From positions 1 to 29,902 of the IMG/VR virus record IMGVR_UViG_3300017540_000272: a DNA stretch of 29,902 bases. The stretch is one strand, 5' to 3'. The stretch is from a virus. Its lineage: Duplodnaviria; Caudoviricetes. The translations under genes and the position numbers were made by a program. Every line of letters starts with the position of its first letter. The stretch's first letter is position 1. Below are positions 6,625 to 13,829 of the stretch, piece after piece. The notes beneath the pieces are model-generated. The model did not search any database and was not told the origin of the DNA. It saw nothing but the letters and a program-made list of their open reading frames with translations.

Positions 6625-7701
6625 CTAAGCGGCTTTCACGTACTCAGTCAGCGACTCGATAGGCGCGCCAGCCTTCGCAAGCTTCCACGCCTCGCCTCGT
6701 GGCTCGATACCCGCGGCCCGCAACTGCGCCGCAAGCTCCTTGTTGCTCGCCTTCGCTTGCAACTTCTCAGCCTTCACGGACTGCTGAACCTGAACGTCAC
6801 CCTCGCCGAGCATCACTCGAGCGAGCGCGTCAGTCACGTAACAGGCCTTCTCGTAAGCAACCGCGAGCAGCTTCTCGTCGCGCTTCGCCCAGTCAGCCGC
6901 GTACCGGACGCTGCCCTTCGCAAGCTCAGTCTGACCTGCAAGCATCATGACACCGAACGCGACCGACTCAGCCTCAGCCTCAATCTCGCCACGGTGCGCC
7001 TGATAGTCGCGCTCGTCGTTCTCACCATGCAAGATCGCGTGTGCAATCTCGTGAGCGAGCGTCTCGACCGCGGCCCAACCATCGAGCCCGCCATGCACTG
7101 CAATCGTGCGAGCCGCGTGAATCGTCCAACCGTTCTCCCGCATGTCACGAGTTGCCCGCGTAACCCGCCAACCCTGGCCCGTGATCCACGACTCGAGCCG
7201 ATCCCATGCAACACCCGCGTCGCCGTCTGTGAGCGCGGGTGCCGCTGTTGCAACCTCACCGGTCACCCCGTCAGCGTTGCGAACGTCAGCCGCAATATAG
7301 GTGCGCTCGCCACGAAACACGGTCCGCTTGATCGCACCAGGCGTGCCCGGCTTCACCCGGTTGTCGTTCTCGTCAACCCACAACGGCACCGGCTTCGACC
7401 AGATCGCAATCGGGTTACCCTCAGGCACGAACCCGCTACGCGCCCAAACCGTGCGCGGCGCAATTTCACCCTGCAACGCAACCAGCGCCCGCCCGATCGC
7501 ATCTTCAAACTCGACACCCTCGTCGCAATACCGCTGTACCAGTTGCGCCAAGATCAGCGCCTGATTCGTTGGAGAGTACGCCGGGTGCCCTGCCGCAATC
7601 CTGAGAGTGCGCGCCGCCATAGCCGCCGGCCAGTTCGCCGGCGAAGCAATGTAATCGGCGACCATGCCCGCAAACTCTTTCGTGCTCGGTACAGTAGACA
7701 T
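6625..7701 (-). CDS. ArdC-like protein: N-terminal ssDNA-binding domain plus zincin-like HExxH metalloprotease domain
   Basis: YSPTNQALI..Q and W...G in the N-domain; TLAHEIAHAILH..EAEAESVAF..Y...W in the C-domain. This matches ArdC/polyvalent metallopeptidase architecture. Confidence 0.8.
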   Translation of the reverse strand: MSTVPSTKEFAGMVADYIASPANWPAAMAARTLRIAAGHPAYSPTNQALILAQLVQRYCDEGVEFEDAIGRALVALQGEIAPRTVWARSGFVPEGNPIAIWSKPVPLWVDENDNRVKPGTPGAIKRTVFRGERTYIAADVRNADGVTGEVATAAPALTDGDAGVAWDRLESWITGQGWRVTRATRDMRENGWTIHAARTIAVHGGLDGWAAVETLAHEIAHAILHGENDERDYQAHRGEIEAEAESVAFGVMMLAGQTELAKGSVRYAADWAKRDEKLLAVAYEKACYVTDALARVMLGEGDVQVQQSVKAEKLQAKASNKELAAQLRAAGIEPRGEAWKLAKAGAPIESLTEYVKAA

Positions 7702-7840
7702 AATCAAACCCCTTCCCGGTTTGGTTCACGCGCCCGGGTGACTGCAATCACGCCGGGCGCAATCCTGTTTCATGCGCAACCGCGCCGTGCCCTAGTGCCG
7801 CTGCGACGCGGCCACGCCTTACGCGCTAGGGCTGCAACCC

Positions 7841-7978
7841 TCACCACAACGAGGGCGCAACATCCGTCCGTGGCACGAACGAATCGAGCACGCCGCCATT
7901 CAGCGGGTCGCAATCTTCGACCTCAAGCAGCGGCGTATCGTCTGCCGTCACAGTGTCCGGCAACCAGCCCGCGCTCAT
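7841..7978 (-). CDS. Small acidic hypothetical protein
   Basis: GGAGG-TTGCA-CC-ATG start and ATGA overlap. Confidence 0.5.
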   Translation of the reverse strand: MSAGWLPDTVTADDTPLLEVEDCDPLNGGVLDSFVPRTDVAPSLW

Positions 7979-8145
7979 GGTGCAACCTCCGGATCCAGCC
8001 CCGCATGATTCACGTGCCAATCCCAACGCGCCAGGTAGTCGTCGCAATAATCGCGCTCAACATGACCGCAACTGCACCGGTACGCGTACGTGTAATTAGC
8101 TCGCTCGCCCTCGTTCCAGACACGCAATATTTTGTGCTCGCTCAT
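7975..8145 (-). CDS. 56-aa His/Cys microprotein, possibly Zn-binding (not in ORF track)
   Basis: MSEHKILRVW..YRCSCGH..WHVNH; GGAGG-TTGCA-GT-ATG start; ATGA overlaps at both ends. Confidence 0.65.
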   Translation of the reverse strand: MSEHKILRVWNEGERANYTYAYRCSCGHVERDYCDDYLARWDWHVNHAGLDPEVAP

Positions 8146-8351
8146 ACTGCAACCTCCTCGCGAGCCAGAAGCGCCGCCGCGAGCCGTTCCGCGCCGCGCT
8201 CAGTGGCGAACCCGTTGTAATGCAACGCATACCCGAGATTCTGCGGCGCGAACTCCGCAACCAGCTCACGTAGCAGCGCCTCAGACTCAGCAGGGTTTCC
8301 CCCGCCGCGTACTCGCCGCGCAATTCCCGCCGCGATAATCCGTTCGCTCAT
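8142..8351 (-). CDS. Hypothetical protein
   Basis: GGGGG-TTGCA-TC-ATG start and ATGA overlaps. Confidence 0.6.
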   Translation of the reverse strand: MSERIIAAGIARRVRGGGNPAESEALLRELVAEFAPQNLGYALHYNGFATERGAERLAAALLAREEVAV

Positions 8352-8509
8352 GATGCAACCCCCCTGAACATGCCCGCGAGCTCGCCCGCTGTCGGCATCT
8401 CGAACGCGGCCGCATGACACTCAATGCAACGCTCACCAGGGAACATGTCGATCCGCATCCCCTCGCAACCGCAACCCTTACAAGTAAACGGTGTCGTAAA
8501 CGGGTTCAT
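8348..8509 (-). CDS. 53-aa zinc-ribbon microprotein
   Basis: FTCKGC..FPGERCIECH (CxxC..CxxC); GGAG upstream. Confidence 0.65.
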   Translation of the reverse strand: MNPFTTPFTCKGCGCEGMRIDMFPGERCIECHAAAFEMPTAGELAGMFRGVAS

Positions 8510-8559
8510 AATCTCCAACCTTTCTGCAACTCCCGGCCATGCCCAGCGCATAGCCCCAG

Positions 8560-8607
8560 TGGTGACGCCCGGACTCGAACCGGGCCGACGCCTGAACGCT
8601 CGCCACC
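8560..8607 (-). ncRNA. Intergenic mini-tRNA element (acceptor stem plus T-arm, no anticodon arm)
   Basis: GGTGGCG/CGTCACC 7-bp stem, CCCGG-TTCGAGT-CCGGG T-arm, then A-CTGG. Confidence 0.6.
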
Positions 8608-8615
8608 TTGCGCAA

Positions 8616-9155
8616 CTAGAACGCAACCCCCCATTCGGCAGACTCAGACTCTGCCGCGTACGCTTCACGCATCTCCGCACGCTCAGCAACTTTCATGGCC
8701 TTGAAGTCCGCAAACGTGGTCCACTTCCAAACCCCCTCGTCATGCAACCGTTGCATCTCCTCGGTCAGATGAGGCCACGCCTGATGCAATGGTCCCTTGC
8801 AAAACTCGGGCCTACGCGCCGCGGACGGCTTCCAGAAGTCATCCCATAACATGCCAGGCCAACCCATAGCGTCCGCAATACGCGCCCGCATCGAATCCAC
8901 CAAGTCCGCATACTCGGCACGATCAGCCTGATCCGTAGCCGAGGCCTTACGCGATGCAATCACCGGCTTCGGTGCAACCGCGGGCACGTCCCCCGCATCT
9001 TTCAGGATCGCGGTCCCGGGAACGCAACGCGCCACCATGTACGCGTTCGCCCGGTGCACCCATTCCATGTACGCCGGCGAACCCACAGGCTCACCCGCCG
9101 GCTTAGGCTCAACATTCGCCGCATACCAAGCGCGACGCTCAGACTTGACACTCAT
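8616..9155 (-). CDS. Hypothetical protein, first gene of the leftward terminal module
   Basis: AAAGGGGA SD; Trp-rich C-terminal half (AWPHLTEEM..W.WTTFADF). Confidence 0.7.
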   Translation of the reverse strand: MSVKSERRAWYAANVEPKPAGEPVGSPAYMEWVHRANAYMVARCVPGTAILKDAGDVPAVAPKPVIASRKASATDQADRAEYADLVDSMRARIADAMGWPGMLWDDFWKPSAARRPEFCKGPLHQAWPHLTEEMQRLHDEGVWKWTTFADFKAMKVAERAEMREAYAAESESAEWGVAF

Positions 9156-9203
9156 GTCGTCCCCTTTCACTCAATCGACTAGCGGCCAGCAAACCGCTAC
9201 CAG

Positions 9204-9254
9204 TGGACGGCCACGGACTCGAACCGTGCTCATGGCGCACCATGCGCGCCGCCC
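9204..9254 (-). ncRNA. Mini-tRNA element in the operon leader
   Basis: GGGCGGC/GCCGTCC stem with G3:U wobble, GCGCA-TGG-TGCGC hairpin, CACGG-TTCGAGT-CCGTG T-arm, then A-CTGG. Confidence 0.6.
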
Positions 9255-9470
9255 TAAACGCTCGCACTGCACCTAGCCCGATTGGCCGTGTCTGGCAAGC
9301 GTTGGCAGTCTCTCCACTGCCGTTTCATCCATCCGCTGTTGAGTTGGTGCCATATGGGCGAGGTTCATGCGCTAGACCGTTGGCGGTTATTCATCCGAAC
9401 CGGGATTCTCACCCCGGCCGTTGCTACCGATCCGCTCCGCCTCCGTCTCTCACTCGGTGGCGATGAACCA

Positions 9471-9566
9471 ATCATGTCATGCGGCCCGCATAACCCACAA
9501 GTCATGCGCGCCACATAACCCACCGAAACCCCCCAAACTTCCGCGGAATCATGCGGCAGAAATAAT
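9471..9566 (-). promoter_or_regulatory. Leftward promoter (TTGTGG-18-CATGAT with TGn extension) and three operators TCATGCG-N6-ATAAY
   Basis: Operators at 9477-9494, 9502-9519 and 9549-9566; the first fills the -35/-10 spacer exactly. Confidence 0.7.
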
Positions 9567-9590
9567 TTTCGAAAGTGTACCCGCACCCGG

Positions 9591-9895
9591 GCGTGTCGCG
9601 GCGTGTCGCACCACTCACCAGCGCTCACACCCAGCCACACCCAGCCACCCTCAGGCTCACCCAGACTCGGCCAGACTCGGCGGCTCACGCTCACCACACG
9701 CCACGCGCACCACACGCCACGCCCTCACACACACCACACGACACGAGCGCGGACACACGACAGCATGCGAGCCACGCGCGCACGACGCGCACGACGCGCA
9801 CGACACGAGCGCGCGGACACGAGCCCACACACACGCGGACACACACGCGAGCACACACGCACACACGCGCACGTACACACGCGCACACGCGTCCC
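9591..9895. repeat. Low-complexity CA/CG-rich subterminal tract with short tandem repeats
   Basis: GCGTGTCGC x2, CACACCCAGC x2, CCAGACTCGG x2, GCACGACRC x3; a perfect 42-nt purine-pyrimidine alternation at 9851-9892. Confidence 0.85.
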
Positions 9896-9934
9896 ACTAA
9901 CCCCCCACAGGGGAACCCCCCGCCCCCCGCCAAA

Positions 9935-9985
9935 AGCTCCCCCGCAAGCGTTCTGCAGTATTTATTGCGCGCGGGTCTGGGGGGT
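9935..9985. other. Predicted cos/packaging site (3' overhang near CCCGCAAGCG)
   Basis: C-runs on the left and TCTGC..TGCGCGCGGGTCTGGGG on the right, just upstream of terS; strand composition flips here. The exact cut site is unknown. Confidence 0.55.
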
Positions 9986-10011
9986 GTTTTTGGATCGTGG
10001 ACTTGAGTCTT

Positions 10012-10054
10012 CCCGCTCCGACATGGATCGGGTTTTGCCTACCGACATGGAGGT
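10012..10054 (+). promoter_or_regulatory. Tandem C-GACAT-G loop hairpins over the terS SD
   Basis: CCGACATGGA occurs twice (10018 and 10042); the second hairpin contains GGAGG. Confidence 0.6.
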
Positions 10055-10059
10055 TTGTT

Positions 10060-10560
10060 ATGGCTGGTTATGGTCCGCCGCCGAAGGAGGATCGCGCTCG
10101 TAAGCGTGACACGGTTGTTCGTGAGCTTGTGAAGTCTGACGGGAAGATCGGTGGTTTTGATCTTCCTGATGATGTGCTGCCTCAGATTCGCGTGAATGGT
10201 GAGTTGCAGTTCGATGTGGATGGGAATCCTATTCGTGAGGAGTGGCATCCGCAGACGGTGCGTTGGTGGAATAACTGGCGGGAGTCTCCTCAGGCGACGC
10301 GCATGTTGACTGCTGTTGATTGGGACTACCTGCTGGATACGGCTTTGTTGCATCACCAGATGTGGATGACCGGCGGTAAGAACTCTGAGCGTGCGGGTGA
10401 GATCCGTATCCGGGTTGCTGGGTTTGGCGCGACGTATGCGGATCGTATGCGCTTGCGGTTCGAGATTGAGGTTCCTGAGGAGTTCGAGGTGGGTTCGAAC
10501 TCGAATGTTGCATCGATTGATTCGGCGCGCAGGAAGCGGGTTATTAACGGGGGTGCTTGA
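10060..10560 (+). CDS. Terminase small subunit
   Basis: MAGYGPPPK..R, WHPQT..WW..WR.SPQ, DW..L.DTA..H, E.R.R.A.FGAT..DR.RLR, the typical actinophage TerS pattern. Confidence 0.9.
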   Translation: MAGYGPPPKEDRARKRDTVVRELVKSDGKIGGFDLPDDVLPQIRVNGELQFDVDGNPIREEWHPQTVRWWNNWRESPQATRMLTAVDWDYLLDTALLHHQMWMTGGKNSERAGEIRIRVAGFGATYADRMRLRFEIEVPEEFEVGSNSNVASIDSARRKRVINGGA

Positions 10561-12323
10561 TGCCTCGCCGTTTGATTCGCAATGAGGAACTTCATGATCG
10601 CGAACGTTCGCTCGGTCATCTTGCTACGTGGTGGATTGAGGCGTTTGTTCGGCATGGGCGCGGCGATATTGCGGGTCAACCGATCAAGTATGGCGATGAG
10701 TATTACGGGTTCATTGTTGATTGTTACTCGCTTGATGCTCGTGGGCGTCGACTTTATGATTCTGCGTTCTTTTCTCGGCCGAAGGGTACTGATAAGTCGG
10801 GTCTTGCTGCGGCTCTGGTTTTGTTTGAGGCGTTTGGTCCGTGCCGGTTTTCTGGCTGGGCTGAGGGTGGCGAGACGTACACGTTTCTTGGGCAGACCTA
10901 CACGTATGTGAAGGGTGAGCCGATGGGTCGCCCGGTGAACCAGCCGGTGATCCGGATTCTTGCTACTGCCGAAGGACAGACCGGAAACGTCTATGACTCG
11001 GTCTATTTCAATCTGAGCGCCGAGGATGCTCCTTTGAATGCGCTGGTGAAGCTGTACGGCGTCGAGTGCACGATGACTCGAGTGACGATTGCGAAGTCGT
11101 CGGGTGGTGGAACTATTGAACCGATGTCGTCGGGTGCGTCATCTAAGGATGGTGGCCTTGAGACGTTCGTTGTGTTCGATGAGTCGCACCTGTATAACAA
11201 GCCTCGACTGAAGGATTTGCACGCGACGGTCACTCGTAACCTGCGTAAGCGGAAGAAGCTCGCTGAGCCTTGGTATATCGAGACCACGACGATGTATCAG
11301 CCTGGTGAGGAATCGGTTGCTGAGGAAACGTATCATCTGGCGGATCTGATCGCTGAGGGTCGGACACGGCGTAAGCGCATGTTGTTCGATCACCGTTGGG
11401 GCGAGCTCGGTGATCCGATGCAGGGTGAGCTTGAGTCCGATGCCGAGTATGAGGCCCGCGTGCAGGCTGCGTTTGCTGACGCGTACGGTGACGCGGCTGA
11501 GTGGAACTCGGTCGAGGACATGCTGGATGCGTTCTTCGATCCCCGTAACAACCTGAATGATCAGATTCGTTATTTCTTGAACTCGCTTGTTGAGGCGAAT
11601 AATTCGTGGTTGACGGTGAAGATGTGGAACCTGATCGGGTTGTCTCATCGTGCGAAGCTTGCGAATGAGTCTGGCGAGAAGCTTGATTGGCGTCCGCCGC
11701 GCGAGGGTGACAAGATCACGCTCGGTTTCGATGGTTCTCGTTCTGATGATGCGACGGTGCTGATTGCTTGTCGTGTCGATGACGGGTATGTGTGGCCGAT
11801 TCTGATTGAGGAGCCGCCGGATGCTGAGGAGGCGAAGTCGTGGACTGTCGACCAGTTGAAGGTCGATAAGCGTGTTCGTGAGACGTTCGAAAAGTTCGAT
11901 GTGGTGGGGTTCTTTGCGGATCCCCCGTATTGGCAGGACTACGTGGATGCGTGGGATCGTGATTTCGCTGACTTGGTTGAGGTTCATGCCACTCGCGATA
12001 AGAGTTTCCATTTCTATACGAATAACCACAAGGCGATGGCGATGGCGGTTGAGCGTGCTCATACGGCTATTGGTGAGGGGCGTGTGATTCACGGGAATGA
12101 TCCGCAGTTCACTCGGCATGTGCTGAATGCGCGTGTGTGGGAGCGGAACACTGGCGATGTCATTGGTAAGGACAAGCGCGGGTCGAAGCACAAGATGGAT
12201 GCCGCGGTTGGCATGGTATTGGCGCTCGAGGCGCGTGCTCGCTATCTGGCGAAGGAACACAAGTCGGAAGATTCGTTTACGCCGTTCAACCCGAGGGGGA
12301 ACGCGTCGCGGCATAGGAGGTAG
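10557..12323 (+). CDS. Terminase large subunit
   Basis: Walker A variant RPKGTDKS, Walker B VVFDESH, nuclease motif LGFDGS..DDAT, and KMDAAV. Confidence 0.95.
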   Translation: MMPRRLIRNEELHDRERSLGHLATWWIEAFVRHGRGDIAGQPIKYGDEYYGFIVDCYSLDARGRRLYDSAFFSRPKGTDKSGLAAALVLFEAFGPCRFSGWAEGGETYTFLGQTYTYVKGEPMGRPVNQPVIRILATAEGQTGNVYDSVYFNLSAEDAPLNALVKLYGVECTMTRVTIAKSSGGGTIEPMSSGASSKDGGLETFVVFDESHLYNKPRLKDLHATVTRNLRKRKKLAEPWYIETTTMYQPGEESVAEETYHLADLIAEGRTRRKRMLFDHRWGELGDPMQGELESDAEYEARVQAAFADAYGDAAEWNSVEDMLDAFFDPRNNLNDQIRYFLNSLVEANNSWLTVKMWNLIGLSHRAKLANESGEKLDWRPPREGDKITLGFDGSRSDDATVLIACRVDDGYVWPILIEEPPDAEEAKSWTVDQLKVDKRVRETFEKFDVVGFFADPPYWQDYVDAWDRDFADLVEVHATRDKSFHFYTNNHKAMAMAVERAHTAIGEGRVIHGNDPQFTRHVLNARVWERNTGDVIGKDKRGSKHKMDAAVGMVLALEARARYLAKEHKSEDSFTPFNPRGNASRHRR

Positions 12324-13829
12324 TTGATGCTGGCTGATGCTCAGAATCCAGGGACTGATGATTGGTTTCTGGTCCAGATTGCTACCGAGATGGGCGCGCG
12401 TTTCGAGCGTCTTGCGTTGCTTGATTCGTATGACGATGGTTCGTGGGTTGTTCCTGTTGAGGCGGATCCTGCGAATCGTGAGGCCTATATGCGCCAGGCG
12501 GAGAGGGCGAAGCTGACTTTCGGGAAGACGATTGTCGACCAGAAGGTTTCGCGTATGAAGTTGCGCGGGTTTCGTACTGCTGCTGACGATGACGTGAATG
12601 GTGATCGTGAGGCGTCTCGCTTGATGAAGCTGAATCATTTCAAGACTCAGTTTCGTGAGATGCAGCGTTGGAAGACACTGTATGGGCAGGCGTACTTTGT
12701 GATCGGCATGGACGAGGTGAATGAGCCGTTCATCACGGCTCGGTCGCCTTGGCAGGTTGGCGTGAAGATGAACGAGCTTCGCCCGTGGTTGACGGACGCG
12801 GCCTTGATCATTTCTCGGGATGAGTTGAATCAACTGGATTTGTTGACGCTTATCCGGCCTGGCTATATGAGGGTTGCTGCGAAGGAGTCTCAGGAGCCTT
12901 CGATTCCGACGGATGGTACGCCCTGGGAGCCTGGTACCGACTGGGACTGGGTGTCGTCTACGGCGGTTACCTGGACTGAGCGGGTTCCGGTGGTGCCGTT
13001 CACGAACCCGGGCGGTAAGGGTGAGTTCGAGCCGCATTTGCCGTCGTTGGATCGGATTACTCAGGACATTCTTGAGCGGTTGACGATCACTGCGATGCAG
13101 GCGTTTCGTCAGCGTGCGATCGAGTCGGGTGATGATCCGCTCCCTGATGTGTGGCCGGAGGGTCACCCGCAGGCTGGCGAGCCGATCGATTACGACGACA
13201 TCTATAAGGCTGGCCCGGCAGCGTTGTGGTTGTTGCCTCAGGGCGCGAAGGTCTGGGAGTCGGCCCCGATCGAGATGTCGTCGTTGACGCTTGCTGAGAA
13301 GAAGGATCTCGAGCATCTTGCCGGCATTTCGGGTACGCCGCTGTATGCGTTCTCGTCTGATGTGCAGGGTTCTGCTGAGGGCGCGAAGCTGCAGCGGGAA
13401 ACGATCCGCTCGAAAGTGATCGAGGCTCGCGAGTTCGATGATGAGTCGCTCGCGATGTCAATGTCGCTGTTGTTCGAGGCGCATGGCGACCAGCAGCGTG
13501 CTGACCGTACAGAGATCACGACGATGTGGGGACATATCGAGTGGGTTTCGAAGGCCGATGTTGCGCCGGCGGCTGCGTCTGCGAAGCAGGGCGGCATGTC
13601 TCAGCGGGGCATTAACGAGCACATTTACGAGATGACGCCGGAGGAGCTGGAACTCGAGGCGAACAATCTGCGCGACGAACAGTTCCAGTTGAGCCTGATG
13701 AATGCGGGTGGTGGAGATGGCGCTTACGGAGCGGGCGGTTCAGCAGCACGCGAACCGGAAGGTTTCGATCATGGAACGCCTGATTCTGATTCTGCTGGGG
13801 CTGTGGAGGAACTACAACCGGTGGAATGA
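12324..13829 (+). CDS. Portal protein (SPP1 gp6-like)
   Basis: About 500 aa following TerL; VPVVPF.N..G.GEFE.H...DRI..QAFRQR, SAEGA. Confidence 0.9.
   Translation: MMLADAQNPGTDDWFLVQIATEMGARFERLALLDSYDDGSWVVPVEADPANREAYMRQAERAKLTFGKTIVDQKVSRMKLRGFRTAADDDVNGDREASRLMKLNHFKTQFREMQRWKTLYGQAYFVIGMDEVNEPFITARSPWQVGVKMNELRPWLTDAALIISRDELNQLDLLTLIRPGYMRVAAKESQEPSIPTDGTPWEPGTDWDWVSSTAVTWTERVPVVPFTNPGGKGEFEPHLPSLDRITQDILERLTITAMQAFRQRAIESGDDPLPDVWPEGHPQAGEPIDYDDIYKAGPAALWLLPQGAKVWESAPIEMSSLTLAEKKDLEHLAGISGTPLYAFSSDVQGSAEGAKLQRETIRSKVIEAREFDDESLAMSMSLLFEAHGDQQRADRTEITTMWGHIEWVSKADVAPAAASAKQGGMSQRGINEHIYEMTPEELELEANNLRDEQFQLSLMNAGGGDGAYGAGGSAAREPEGFDHGTPDSDSAGAVEELQPVE

Noticed and set aside
6757-8220. 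487-aa + strand ORF
   Set aside because: Antisense shadow of the ArdC-like gene and its neighbours; the T-poor + strand has few stop codons, and the product is implausibly Arg/Pro-rich.
9476-9830. Possible CRISPR array or DGR repeat
   Set aside because: The repeats are short, tandem or operator-like with no unique spacers, and no cas or reverse transcriptase gene is in the window.
9421-10103. His/Thr/Arg-rich and Val/Cys-rich ORFs across the CA tract
   Set aside because: Translations of low-complexity DNA with no SD; some cross the predicted cos.
11139-13316. 725-aa - strand ORF (also 13612..14724, 15520..16395, 18026..19015 and similar)
   Set aside because: Shadows of well-supported structural genes, caused by GC-rich codon bias.
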